This document shows positions 10,447 through 20,195 of a stretch of DNA of 64,000 bases, in pieces (the first letter of the stretch is position 1; each line of letters opens with the position of its first letter). The DNA comes from Bacteroidales bacterium (GTDB lineage: Bacteria; Bacteroidota; Bacteroidia; Bacteroidales; JAQXIO01), in contig JAQXIO010000019.1 of the NCBI GenBank assembly GCA_029007825.1, positions 1,259 to 65,258 on the forward strand. Direction: 5' to 3'. Under the pieces are notes generated by a model. It was not told the origin of the DNA, ran no database searches, and saw only the letters and a list, made by a program, of their open reading frames with translations. The position numbers and the translations under genes are program-made.

Positions 10447-10908
10447 TTATTTTTCATCGCTTGCGTAAATGCTGTCTATCAATTTAAACTGATAATCGAA
10501 TAACTCTTCTTTTTTAAAGAAGCGGTTGATTTCAATTTCCGCATTTTCCGTAGAATCCGAAGCGTGTATAATATTTTCCTGAGTGCTCATGCTATAATCG
10601 CCACGAATTGTTCCTGCGGGAGCCAATCGTCCGTTTGTCGGGCCAATCAGTGTCCGCACAACGCTTACAGCATCTTTTCCTTCCCAACACATTAGTACTA
10701 CAGGACATGAACTCATTGCTTTTTTCAGAAGTCCGAAAAAGGGCTTATCTTTTAAATGGCTATAATGTTCGCTTAGTATTTGATCGTCAAGCCATTGCAT
10801 TTTTAGCCCTACAAGGAAAAGTCCCTTTTTTTCCAGTCTTGAAGTCACTTCCCCGATAAGTCCTCTCTGAACGGTTCCGGGTTTTAGGATAACAAGAGTT
10901 CTCTCCAT
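10447..10908 (-). CDS. ndk: Nucleoside-diphosphate kinase
   Basis: 153 aa. MERTLVILKPG, GTIRGDY and NIIHASDS (catalytic His). Confidence 0.9.
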   Translation of the reverse strand: MERTLVILKPGTVQRGLIGEVTSRLEKKGLFLVGLKMQWLDDQILSEHYSHLKDKPFFGLLKKAMSSCPVVLMCWEGKDAVSVVRTLIGPTNGRLAPAGTIRGDYSMSTQENIIHASDSTENAEIEINRFFKKEELFDYQFKLIDSIYASDEK

Positions 10909-11086
10909 AAAGTACTGTATATGTTCAAAGGGTTACTTCAAAATTAATATTTTCAAACAAAGAAAGCGCCTTTTCAGTTCGTAAAAAAACTGTAGTAAAT
11001 CATAGAAAATGATAAATTGATACGTAATATTCTGATATATAAGTGATTGACTATTATATGTTTTACAGCATATAAATAGGGAATGA

Positions 11087-13180
11087 TTAGCTTATTTGTC
11101 CCCATTCGACTTCTTTCCCGAAAAGATCGTTTAACCTTTTCCGTAACAGAGCATTGCTTTGCAGGGATAGTTGGGGATCAGCAGCAAGAATTTCCGTTGC
11201 AATGTCTCGGGCGTATTGGAGGACTTGTCCGTCTTTCGCCAGGTTTGCAATATGTAAGTTTATAGGTATTCCGCTTTGCTGCGTACCTTCCAAATCACCC
11301 GGTCCGCGCATTTTCAAGTCTGCCTCGGCAATTTCAAATCCGTCGTTGGTCGAAGTCATCACTTCGATACGTTTACGTGTTTCTTCCGAGATCGAATCGG
11401 ATGTCACCAGTATGCAATATGATTGTTCGGCACCTCTTCCGACGCGTCCCCGCAGCTGATGCAACTGGGAAAGTCCGAAACGTTCGGCATTCTCGATTAG
11501 CATTACGGAGGCATTCGGGACGTTCACTCCTACTTCGATTACCGTAGTGGCCAGCAGGATTTGAGCGCTACCTTCTACGAACCGAGCCATTTGCAGTTCT
11601 TTCTCTGCGGGTTTCATTTTGCCGTGTATCATGCTTACCTGATAGTCGGGGAATATTTCTTTAATATGTTCGAACCCGTCTTCGAGATTTTTGTAATCCA
11701 GATTTTCGCTTTCTTTAATGAGAGGGTAAACGATATATACCTGGCGTCCCAACTCTATCTGTTTACGAATGGAACGGTAGAGGCCTGCACGCTGCCCGTC
11801 GAAAACATGGATTGTCTGAATCGGTTTTCTTCCGGGAGGAAGTTCATCGATCACCGAAACATCGAGGTCACCGTAAAAAGTCATGGCTAAGGTACGTGGA
11901 ATAGGGGTTGCTGTCATGACAAGAACGTGGGGGGCGACGGTTCCTTTATTCCATAATCTGGCACGTTGGGCGACACCGAATCTATGTTGTTCGTCTATAA
12001 TAGCCAGACCCAGATGTTGAAACAGAACTTCATCTTCAATAAGAGCATGTGTCCCTATTAGAAGGTGAATATCGCCGTTTCGTAGTCCTGTGTGTATAAT
12101 TTCCCTCTCCTTCTTTTTAGTTGATCCGGTCAGAAGGGCTACATTTACTCCGATACCGTCAAGTAGAGTGGACAAGGTTTCGAAGTGCTGGGTTGCCAGT
12201 ATTTCGGTCGGTGCCATTAATGCTGCCTGAAATCCGTTGTCGATTGCAATCAGCATAATCATAAGGGCAACCAATGTTTTTCCGCTTCCTACATCGCCTT
12301 GAAGAAGGCGGTTCATTTGTTTTCCGGTGCGGAAATCGTTCCGGATTTCCTTGATCACCCGTTTTTGGGCATTGGTTAGTTCAAACGGAAGTTTTTTTTC
12401 GTAGAAAGAGTAAAAGAGGTTTCCTACTTTGGTAAATACATGTCCTTGTATTTTTTCTTTTCGTAAAACAGAGCGTTGCAAAATGTTCAGTTGTAAATAA
12501 AAAAGTTCTTCGAACTTAAACCGGTATTGTGCTTCTCTGAGTGATACAGGAGATGTCGGGTTGTGTATTTGCCAAAGAGCCTCATTGATTTCCATTAAGT
12601 TGGCTTTTTTCCTGAGAGCCATAGGCAGGGTTTCCGGGTATTCCCGGTTCAGGGATTCCAGTAACGGAAGAATGATTTTGTGCAGGTTTTTCGATGTTAG
12701 AAAAGAGCTTTTCATCCGTTCCGTCGTGTTGTAAGACGGTTGCAGCGCTTTTCCGTAGAGGGAATTTTCCGTTACTGTTTCTATTTCCGGATGAGCTATG
12801 TTATAATGAGATCCGAAAAGCGTGGGCTTTCCGAATACGATATATTCTTCTCCGGGGCGGTATTTATTGGTAATGAATTTGATGCCTTTGAACCATACCA
12901 GTTCGATGGTGTCGGTTCCATCTGAGAACTCGGCGATCAGTCGTTTATTCCGACCTTCTCCGGTTGTAGAAAAATACTCGATCCGTCCTCTTATCTGTAT
13001 ATAGGGCATTTGTCCGTTTATCTCTTTGATCCGATAAAATCGACTTCTGTCAACGTATTTATATGGGAAGTAGTATAATAGGTCTTCCACGGAACGAATG
13101 TTGAGTTCTTTGTTGAGAAGCAGCGCTCGCTGGGGGCCTACTCCTTTAAGGTATTTTATGTCACGTCCCGAATAATCCAA
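11087..13180 (-). CDS. recG: ATP-dependent DNA helicase RecG
   Basis: 697 aa. N-terminal wedge/OB region, Walker A GDVGSGKT, DEQHRFG box, and C-terminal helicase motifs (QLRGRVGRG). Confidence 0.95.
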   Translation of the reverse strand: MDYSGRDIKYLKGVGPQRALLLNKELNIRSVEDLLYYFPYKYVDRSRFYRIKEINGQMPYIQIRGRIEYFSTTGEGRNKRLIAEFSDGTDTIELVWFKGIKFITNKYRPGEEYIVFGKPTLFGSHYNIAHPEIETVTENSLYGKALQPSYNTTERMKSSFLTSKNLHKIILPLLESLNREYPETLPMALRKKANLMEINEALWQIHNPTSPVSLREAQYRFKFEELFYLQLNILQRSVLRKEKIQGHVFTKVGNLFYSFYEKKLPFELTNAQKRVIKEIRNDFRTGKQMNRLLQGDVGSGKTLVALMIMLIAIDNGFQAALMAPTEILATQHFETLSTLLDGIGVNVALLTGSTKKKEREIIHTGLRNGDIHLLIGTHALIEDEVLFQHLGLAIIDEQHRFGVAQRARLWNKGTVAPHVLVMTATPIPRTLAMTFYGDLDVSVIDELPPGRKPIQTIHVFDGQRAGLYRSIRKQIELGRQVYIVYPLIKESENLDYKNLEDGFEHIKEIFPDYQVSMIHGKMKPAEKELQMARFVEGSAQILLATTVIEVGVNVPNASVMLIENAERFGLSQLHQLRGRVGRGAEQSYCILVTSDSISEETRKRIEVMTSTNDGFEIAEADLKMRGPGDLEGTQQSGIPINLHIANLAKDGQVLQYARDIATEILAADPQLSLQSNALLRKRLNDLFGKEVEWGQIS

Positions 13181-13181
13181 G

Positions 13182-13853
13182 TTATTGTCGTTTTAAATAG
13201 GTTTCAGCCCATAACAAATCCGAGGGGTGGGTGATTTTTATATTTTCCCGGTTTCCGTCAATAAGGGTAATTTCTTTTCCCAAGGCTTCTACTACGGAAG
13301 CGTCATCAGTGAAAAGCTCGTCGTAAGGTTGTGAATAGGCCTGTTTCAGAAGTGCCAGATTAAAAGTCTGGGGCGTTTGTACAATACGATAAGACGAACG
13401 GTCGGCAACTTTACTGCCTTTCGGGAGAATGAAACGTATGGAGTCCGTGAGGGGTAATACAGGAATTGCGCTTCCTGTCTTTAAAGCCGTGGAGAAAGCA
13501 TTTTTTATTACTTGTGGAGCCGGAAACGGGCGAACACCATCATGGATTGCAACTACTCCTTCTGTTTCGGAAATAGAATTCAGAGCGTTTTTTACCGATT
13601 GAAAACGGGTATTTCCTCCTTCAATAATGGAACAGGGAATATCGAACCGATACTTTTTGCAGAGAGTATTCCAGTAGGTAATGTGGTCTTTGGGTAAAAC
13701 CAAAGTGATCCGGATATCAGGCTGAATAGTGTAGAATTGCTGTAACGTATGCATTAACAGAGGTTTGTCTCCTATTATCATAAATTGTTTGGGCAATTCC
13801 CCTCCCATTCTTAAACCTTTTCCTCCCGCTACGACAATTAAAAATTTATTCAT
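13182..13853 (-). CDS. ispD: 2-C-methyl-D-erythritol 4-phosphate cytidylyltransferase
   Basis: 223 aa. VVAGGKGLRMGGELPKQF N-terminus and IHDGVRPF. Confidence 0.9.
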   Translation of the reverse strand: MNKFLIVVAGGKGLRMGGELPKQFMIIGDKPLLMHTLQQFYTIQPDIRITLVLPKDHITYWNTLCKKYRFDIPCSIIEGGNTRFQSVKNALNSISETEGVVAIHDGVRPFPAPQVIKNAFSTALKTGSAIPVLPLTDSIRFILPKGSKVADRSSYRIVQTPQTFNLALLKQAYSQPYDELFTDDASVVEALGKEITLIDGNRENIKITHPSDLLWAETYLKRQ

Positions 13854-14062
13854 TCTCCGTTATCTTCTAAATTGGCAAGAATCTTTTTTACTTCGTCATT
13901 CGTGCTGTTCAATTTTTTTTTGCAGGCGTTGATGAGTTGTACAGCTTCTTTTACTTTTTGAAGCAGTTCGTCGATTCCATACCGGTTATTTTCTATATTG
14001 GAAGCAATTTCTTCGAGTGAGCCGATCGCTTCTTCAAAATTCAATTCATTCTTTTTTCCCAT
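13850..14062 (-). CDS. xseB: Exodeoxyribonuclease VII small subunit
   Basis: 70 aa. FEEAIGSLEEI helix-hairpin. Located immediately downstream of xseA, with a 4-nt ATGA overlap onto ispD. Confidence 0.85.
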   Translation of the reverse strand: MGKKNELNFEEAIGSLEEIASNIENNRYGIDELLQKVKEAVQLINACKKKLNSTNDEVKKILANLEDNGE

Positions 14063-14071
14063 AACGTCAGA

Positions 14072-15322
14072 TTATTGGATTGTCGCTTTTTTACTTCCGT
14101 CGGAAAAACGTAACTCGACGGTTTGTTCTCTATCTAATAATTTAGAGCTTTCTATTACTTTCCCTTCTTTTAGAACAAGGGCATATCCTTTCTGGAGGAT
14201 GTAAGACGGTGAAGCCATACGAAAAAACTGATCCAGTTCTTTTAACCGGAATGATAAAGAATCGAATTCCCGGGTTATTGCACTTTTAAGGGATATTTCG
14301 GTTCGGATTATGTGATTGTTTTGTTTCGAGATGATTGCAGAGCTTGCCCGAATGATATTGGCAGAAAGAAATTGGAGTTCCTTCTGTGTTTCGTTTATTT
14401 TATCCGTGACTGCCGATGTAATGGTCTGTGATAAATAATTTAGCCTTTGAGCACTTTCTGTTACGCGGTTAATAAGGAAATCGGCAACGGCTGTAGGCGT
14501 TTTTAACCGTGTATGAGCAACCAGATCGACAATGGAGTCGTCCCGTTCATGTCCTATCCCAGTTAGTATGGGGAGTGGGAACTGTGCACAGTTGGCCGCC
14601 AGATCATATGAATCGAAAGAGTTGAGGTCGGACGTCGCACCACCTCCTCTGATGATAACAATTGCGTCGAACAGTTCAATGTTTTTATGGATAGATTCTA
14701 ATGCCTGAATGATGGAAGCTTCGGTTTTTTCTCCCTGCATAGTCGCGGCGAATAGTTTTACAGCAAAGAGAGAGTTCCAGGGAGAACTGTCCAGATGACT
14801 CATAAAATCACCGTAGCCCGCAGCGGAAGGAGACGATATGACTGCAATGCGTACGGGCAGCAAAGGCAGATTGAGTTCTTTATTCATAGAAAATATCCCT
14901 TCTTCCTGTAATTGGGCAATGATCTGGCTTTTTCGCAGATGCATTTCTCCGATTGTGTAAGAAGGCTCGATCTCTTCTATCGATAGACTGAATCCATACA
15001 ATTCGTGGAAGTCAACGGAAACCCTTATCAATATTTTAATTCCTGCAGCGAACGTTTCTCCTGTCCGGCTCTCAAAAAGATATTTTATGAATGGGTATTT
15101 GTTCGCCCAGATTACGGCACGGGCTTTTGCTGTCATTTGGTTTGTATCCGGTCTTTTTTCAATAAGTTCCAGATAGCAGTGGTGAGAAAAACTGTTTTCT
15201 TTTAATTCTCCGATTTCGGCCGTAATCCAATACGTATCCATCATAGTCGCGCGTATTGTGTCACGGACCATGAGGTTCAGTTCAGAGAGTGTGAATATCT
15301 GAGATGGACAATTTTCCTTCAT
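14072..15322 (-). CDS. xseA: Exodeoxyribonuclease VII large subunit
   Basis: Track ORF 14072..15358. Start chosen at MKENC (ATG 15322). OB-fold N-terminus, IIRGGGATSDL and GIGHERD motifs. Confidence 0.9.
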   Translation of the reverse strand: MKENCPSQIFTLSELNLMVRDTIRATMMDTYWITAEIGELKENSFSHHCYLELIEKRPDTNQMTAKARAVIWANKYPFIKYLFESRTGETFAAGIKILIRVSVDFHELYGFSLSIEEIEPSYTIGEMHLRKSQIIAQLQEEGIFSMNKELNLPLLPVRIAVISSPSAAGYGDFMSHLDSSPWNSLFAVKLFAATMQGEKTEASIIQALESIHKNIELFDAIVIIRGGGATSDLNSFDSYDLAANCAQFPLPILTGIGHERDDSIVDLVAHTRLKTPTAVADFLINRVTESAQRLNYLSQTITSAVTDKINETQKELQFLSANIIRASSAIISKQNNHIIRTEISLKSAITREFDSLSFRLKELDQFFRMASPSYILQKGYALVLKEGKVIESSKLLDREQTVELRFSDGSKKATIQ

Positions 15323-15327
15323 ACTTA

Positions 15328-15335
15328 CAAATGTA
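15328..15335 (-). promoter_or_regulatory. -7 box (TACATTTG on the minus strand) directly upstream of xseA
   Basis: TAnnTTTG match only 5 nt from ATG 15322. Confidence 0.4.
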
Positions 15336-15540
15336 TGAAATCGAAAAAAGATTGGCAAATGTGTTTTTTTCTCTTTTTTCTTTTAATTAGGGAAATTAAA
15401 TCTTTAATTTGATAATGGCGAGAGGGTAGTTTGTCATATAGATGAAATTGGATCGTCTGCCTGGAGTAACATCTCCGTTGACATAAAATACATGGATGTA
15501 AATGCTGTTTTGATATTTATTAAATAAAAAGGTTAAGGCA

Positions 15541-15576
15541 ATAAAAAACACAGACAATTTTGCCTGTGTTTTTATT
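15541..15576 (-). terminator. Rho-independent terminator downstream of the HIT gene
   Basis: AAAAACACAG (15544..15553) pairs with CTGTGTTTTT (15564..15573). A T-run follows on the minus strand. Confidence 0.6.
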
Positions 15577-15590
15577 CGTTTTTTCTGAGA

Positions 15591-15983
15591 TTAAAAAGCA
15601 TCTCTTATTTTTTCAGCAATGGTTTCAAATTCTTCCTTGGTTAAGGATAATTTTTCTTTCCCGAAATAGATATCCGATTCTTTGTTAATAGGAACCAGAT
15701 GAATGTGCGTATGAGGCACTTCGAGTCCTATTACAGAAAGTCCGATACGTTTGCACGGAATGGCTTTTTCCATTGCTTCGGCTACTTTTTTTGCAAAAAG
15801 AACCAATCTGGAAAGTTCATTGTCATCTAATTTAAAGATATAGTCGACTTCCTTTTTAGGAATTACTAAAGTATGGCCTTTTGCCAACGGATTAATATCT
15901 AAAAAAGCAAAATGCATTTCATCTTCCGCTATCTTATAACAGGGTATTTCTCCTTTTATAATTTTACTGAAAATTGTTGCCAT
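15591..15983 (-). CDS. HIT family (histidine triad) protein
   Basis: 130 aa. HTHIHLVP histidine triad. Confidence 0.9.
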   Translation of the reverse strand: MATIFSKIIKGEIPCYKIAEDEMHFAFLDINPLAKGHTLVIPKKEVDYIFKLDDNELSRLVLFAKKVAEAMEKAIPCKRIGLSVIGLEVPHTHIHLVPINKESDIYFGKEKLSLTKEEFETIAEKIRDAF

Positions 15984-15995
15984 GTCGAATCTTTT

Positions 15996-16466
15996 TTAAA
16001 TTGAAATATCTTCGATAACAAAAGACATTAGACCCGAAGGAACCTGAATATCTACGGTTTCTCCTACTTTTTTACCCATTAGGCCTTTAGCTATGGGTGT
16101 ATTCACGGCAATCTTTCCCTCTTTCAGATTCGCTTCGCTTTCTGAAACAAGGGTATATTGCATCGTTTGATTATTTTTTGTGTTGCGAATCTTTACCTTA
16201 TTAAGAATCTGAACGGAATCTGTTCCGATCCGGTTCTCATCAATGAGGCGGGCATTGGCAATTAATCCTTTCAGCTGTGCTATTTTTCCTTCAAGAATAC
16301 CCTGAGCCTCTTTGGCGGCATCGTATTCGGCGTTTTCAGATAAATCGCCTTTGTCGCGAGCTTCTGCAATCTGCTTTGTGATTTCCGGCCTTTTTACTGA
16401 TTCCAAGTAATTTACCTCATCCACAAGCTTTTTGTAACCGTCTTCGGTCATGTAACTTACGGCCAT
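15996..16466 (-). CDS. greA: Transcription elongation factor GreA
   Basis: Track ORF 15996..16508. Start MAVSYMTEDGYKKL (ATG 16466), 40 nt downstream of a -7 box. GDLSENAEYDAAKE is the coiled-coil tip. Confidence 0.9.
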   Translation of the reverse strand: MAVSYMTEDGYKKLVDEVNYLESVKRPEITKQIAEARDKGDLSENAEYDAAKEAQGILEGKIAQLKGLIANARLIDENRIGTDSVQILNKVKIRNTKNNQTMQYTLVSESEANLKEGKIAVNTPIAKGLMGKKVGETVDIQVPSGLMSFVIEDISI

Positions 16467-16505
16467 AAAAATACCTCCTTTTTTTACTTTAAATTTTGGA
16501 TAATA

Positions 16506-16513
16506 CAAAAATA
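16506..16513 (-). promoter_or_regulatory. -7 box (TATTTTTG on the minus strand) upstream of greA
   Basis: TAnnTTTG match. It overlaps the longer track start at 16508, which argues for the 16466 start. Confidence 0.45.
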
Positions 16514-16626
16514 AAAGAAGAACCCCGCCGAAATATAAAATCGGTGGGATCCCTCTATTAATTTACCTTATAATGCAAAGGTAATCTATTTTTTATACTT
16601 TGCAAAAGAATAATCCGATTATTTAT

Positions 16627-17775
16627 TTAAAAATAGGAAGAAATGATCGATTCCAAGTCTTTGTCTCCATCTATTCTTTGAATGATATTACCACTTCGGT
16701 CGATAAGAAAAGAGGTCGGTAATCCCTGAATATTGTATTGCGTAAAGATCGAATTCGGTGTGTTGATATCGTCTTTAACACACATCCAGGGAAATTTTGA
16801 TGCTTTGTTTTTCCAAATATGCTCGTCTTCGTCGATGGATATTTGATAAATTCTGAAGCCTTTGTTTTTATATTTTTCGTAAAGTTCGCCTAACAGCATT
16901 GTGTGAAGAGGAGAATAATCCAATTCGTATCCGGTGAAATCCAGAAGGGTTATGTTTCCTTTGGCGTAGTCGGAGAGGCTAATTTTTTGTCCGTCGATGG
17001 TTGGAAGGGATATATCGATCATACCGGTATTTTCGACAGGAAAATCGGAGACAGAGTCGTTCTTTGCAGAATTCTTAATAACGGCCATACCCTCGAGTGC
17101 AAGCTGGTATAATCTTTTAGTCCGTTCGTTGTCAGGATAATAAAAATTCAGAACGTTTGCTACAGCGGCAAAAAGTTTTGCCTCTTCTTTATCGTAAGGG
17201 TCGAAAAGAATACCTCCGTTTATTTTCTGGAACAAAGCATAATAGGCGACTAAAGATTGTGGTTGGCGAATAATATAGGTCTTTGAAAATTTTTTCATAT
17301 CGTTCAATGCCTTTATTGCTTCGATATAATAAAGGGAGTCGGAAAGAGTACCTGATTTATTTTCTTTTTTCAACCGGTTGATTGCCGCTTCGGTTTCTAT
17401 TTGTTTTAAAGTGAGTTGTTTCATCTCTTCGCAAACTGCCGAACCCGAAACTTCGTAGTTTTGTCCGAATGTTGGTGCGTCCGCATTAATCTGGATATGC
17501 TCTATGGAATCTATTCCCAGATTAATGAAGTTGTCTCCTAACCGCAGACGGAAAAAAGAGGGATCTTTCGGAGCTGTCCCCTGAAGGGCGAAATTACCCG
17601 ATTGATCTATTTGTGCTGAATCAACGGGTTCGATGGAAGACAGAGTTACCTGTTCCAGATAAATTTTCTGTTTATCGGCATTTGTGATATTGCCTGTTAT
17701 CTGAAACTTGCCCTGCTTATCGCAGGCAGTAAGAAAGCCGCCCAGAAGTAATAATATTATGATGTAATTTTTCAT
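16627..17775 (-). CDS. Thioredoxin-fold (TlpA/AhpC-like) lipoprotein lacking the CxxC active site
   Basis: 382 aa. Lipobox LTAC, N-terminal beta-sandwich-like region, C-terminal redoxin fold (KGFRIYQISIDED, GLPTSFLIDRSGNI). The position normally holding WCxxC reads FTGYELDYSPLH. Confidence 0.7.
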   Translation of the reverse strand: MKNYIIILLLLGGFLTACDKQGKFQITGNITNADKQKIYLEQVTLSSIEPVDSAQIDQSGNFALQGTAPKDPSFFRLRLGDNFINLGIDSIEHIQINADAPTFGQNYEVSGSAVCEEMKQLTLKQIETEAAINRLKKENKSGTLSDSLYYIEAIKALNDMKKFSKTYIIRQPQSLVAYYALFQKINGGILFDPYDKEEAKLFAAVANVLNFYYPDNERTKRLYQLALEGMAVIKNSAKNDSVSDFPVENTGMIDISLPTIDGQKISLSDYAKGNITLLDFTGYELDYSPLHTMLLGELYEKYKNKGFRIYQISIDEDEHIWKNKASKFPWMCVKDDINTPNSIFTQYNIQGLPTSFLIDRSGNIIQRIDGDKDLESIISSYF

Positions 17776-17912
17776 AGATGCTGTAATTGTTTCTATTGCA
17801 AAAGTAGACTATTTTGTTTTAAAACCCAATAACATTTCAGTACCGGTTGACGGGAGGCTGCAAGGCGCCTAAAAATTCAATTGAATATAGATTAAGGTAT
17901 TGATAATTATTG

Positions 17913-17920
17913 TATCTTTG
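17913..17920 (+). promoter_or_regulatory. -7 box TATCTTTG upstream of pnp
   Basis: TAnnTTTG match. It favours the ATG at 17958 over the track start at 17931. Confidence 0.5.
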
Positions 17921-17957
17921 TAAAGATTAGATGAGAGTAAAAACAATAAAGAAAATT

Positions 17958-20108
17958 ATGATTAATCCAATTTCAAAAACAATTGACCTGGGTGATGGAA
18001 GAACCATTACGATTGAAACGGGGAAATTGGCAAAACAAGCTGACGGAGCAGTAACGGTACGTATGGGTAACACTGTCCTCTTGGCTACAGTATGTGCTGC
18101 AAAAGATGCAAATGAAGGTGTTGATTTTATGCCGTTACAGGTCGAGTACAAAGAGAAATTTTCTGCATTCGGCCGTTATCCTGGCGGGTTTATGAAAAGA
18201 GAAGGAAAGGCTTCTGATTATGAAATCCTGACTTCCCGTTTAGTTGACCGTGCTTTACGACCTCTTTTCCCTGATAATTATCATGCTGAGGTCTATGTAA
18301 ATATAATTCTTTTTTCAGCTGACGGCGAAGATATGCCGGACGCATTGGCCGGTTTGGCAGCTTCTGCTGCATTAGCCGTTTCCGACATTCCTTTTAACGG
18401 GCCGATTTCTGAAGTCCGTGTAGCCCGGGTGGATGGTAAGTTTATGGTAAATCCTACTTTCGATCAACTGAGCCGTGCCGATATCGACATTATGGTTGGC
18501 GCGACCATCGATAACATTATGATGGTAGAAGGAGAGATGTCCGAAGTTTCTGAAAAAGAACTTCTGGAAGCTATTAAAGTTGCTCACGAAGCAATCAAAA
18601 TACAGTGTCAGGCGCAGCTGGAATTGACGGCAGCTGTTAATAAGACGGTAAAAAGAGAATATTGCCATGAACAAAACGATGAGGAACTTCGTCAGGATGT
18701 TAAGGCAAAATGTTATGATAAGGCTTATGCGATTGCCGTATCGGGAAATGCAAATAAGCATGAACGTATGGATGCATTCGATACTATTAAGGAGGAATAT
18801 AAAGCAACTTTCTCAGAAGAGGAACTTGCTGAAAAGGGTGCTTTGATAGATCGTTATTATCACGATGTGGAAAAAGAAGCTATGCGCCGTGCTATTCTGG
18901 ATGAAGGCAAGCGTCTCGATGGCCGCTCTACCACGGAAATACGTCCTATATGGTGTGAAGTCGATTATCTCCCGGGACCTCACGGATCAGCAATTTTTAC
19001 ACGTGGGGAAACACAGTCGCTCAGTACTGTAACGTTAGGAACCAAAATGGACGAAAAAATCGTTGATGATGTTTTGGTGCGTGATAAAGAACGTTTCTTG
19101 TTACATTATAATTTCCCACCTTTTTCAACGGGAGAAGCGAAAGCTCAAAGGGGCGTCGGACGTCGGGAGATCGGTCATGGAAATTTGGCACACCGTGCTT
19201 TGAAACGTATGATCCCTGACGATTATCCGTATGTGGTACGCGTTGTTTCCGATATTTTGGAATCGAACGGTTCTTCTTCTATGGCTACCGTTTGTGCGGG
19301 AACTCTGGCTTTAATGGATGCCGGTGTAAAAATGAAGAAGCCGGTATCAGGTATTGCAATGGGATTGATTTCTGAAAATAAGGGTAAGAATTTCGCTGTC
19401 CTTTCCGATATTCTGGGAGATGAAGATCATCTGGGAGATATGGACTTTAAAGTAACAGGTACGAAAGATGGTATTACGGCTACCCAGATGGATATTAAAG
19501 TGGATGGCCTCTCCTTTGAAATTCTTGAAAAAGCATTGAATCAGGCACGTGAAGGCCGGATGTATATATTGAATAAATTAACGGAAACAATTGCTGAACC
19601 GAGAGCTGACCTGAAGCCTCATGCTCCACGGATTGAGACATTGACAATTCCTAAGGAATTTATTGGAGCTGTGATAGGCCCCGGTGGAAAGATTATTCAA
19701 GGTATTCAGGAAGCTTCCGGTGCTACTGTTACGATTGAGGAAATCGACGGTGTCGGACGTATCGAAGTTTCAGGAAATAATAAAGCTGCTATCGATGCTG
19801 CGTTGGCTCAGATAAAAGGAATTGTCGCTGTTCCTGAAATCGGTGAAGTATATCAGGGAAAGATTACCTCTATAATGCCTTATGGCGCTTTTGTAGAGTT
19901 CCTCCCCAACAAAGAAGCATTGTTACATATTTCTGAGATTGACTGGAAGCGGTTTGAAAAAATGGAAGATACCGGTTTAAATGTCGGAGATAAAATCGAA
20001 GTGAAATTGCTTGATATAGACCCGAAGACAGGTAAATTTAAACTTTCGAAGAAAGCACTTCTTCCGCGTCCTCCCCGTCCGGAAAGACCGGAAAGGACTC
20101 AAGACTGA
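17958..20108 (+). CDS. pnp: Polyribonucleotide nucleotidyltransferase (PNPase)
   Basis: Two RNase PH domains ([17 protein letters not shown]), a KH domain ([15 protein letters not shown]) and an S1 domain ([15 protein letters not shown]). Confidence 0.95.
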   Translation: MINPISKTIDLGDGRTITIETGKLAKQADGAVTVRMGNTVLLATVCAAKDANEGVDFMPLQVEYKEKFSAFGRYPGGFMKREGKASDYEILTSRLVDRALRPLFPDNYHAEVYVNIILFSADGEDMPDALAGLAASAALAVSDIPFNGPISEVRVARVDGKFMVNPTFDQLSRADIDIMVGATIDNIMMVEGEMSEVSEKELLEAIKVAHEAIKIQCQAQLELTAAVNKTVKREYCHEQNDEELRQDVKAKCYDKAYAIAVSGNANKHERMDAFDTIKEEYKATFSEEELAEKGALIDRYYHDVEKEAMRRAILDEGKRLDGRSTTEIRPIWCEVDYLPGPHGSAIFTRGETQSLSTVTLGTKMDEKIVDDVLVRDKERFLLHYNFPPFSTGEAKAQRGVGRREIGHGNLAHRALKRMIPDDYPYVVRVVSDILESNGSSSMATVCAGTLALMDAGVKMKKPVSGIAMGLISENKGKNFAVLSDILGDEDHLGDMDFKVTGTKDGITATQMDIKVDGLSFEILEKALNQAREGRMYILNKLTETIAEPRADLKPHAPRIETLTIPKEFIGAVIGPGGKIIQGIQEASGATVTIEEIDGVGRIEVSGNNKAAIDAALAQIKGIVAVPEIGEVYQGKITSIMPYGAFVEFLPNKEALLHISEIDWKRFEKMEDTGLNVGDKIEVKLLDIDPKTGKFKLSKKALLPRPPRPERPERTQD

Positions 20109-20126
20109 AAAATAAAAATTTAGACA

Positions 20127-20160
20127 TAAAAAAGCTTCCATATTTTGGAAGCTTTTTTTC
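20127..20160. terminator. Bidirectional rho-independent terminator between pnp and the GH36 gene
   Basis: AAGCTTCCA (20132..20140) pairs with TGGAAGCTT (20146..20154), flanked by an A-run and a T-run. Confidence 0.75.
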
Positions 20161-20195
20161 CCCGTTATTAAAGCAGTTATAATTAAGGGCTAACA

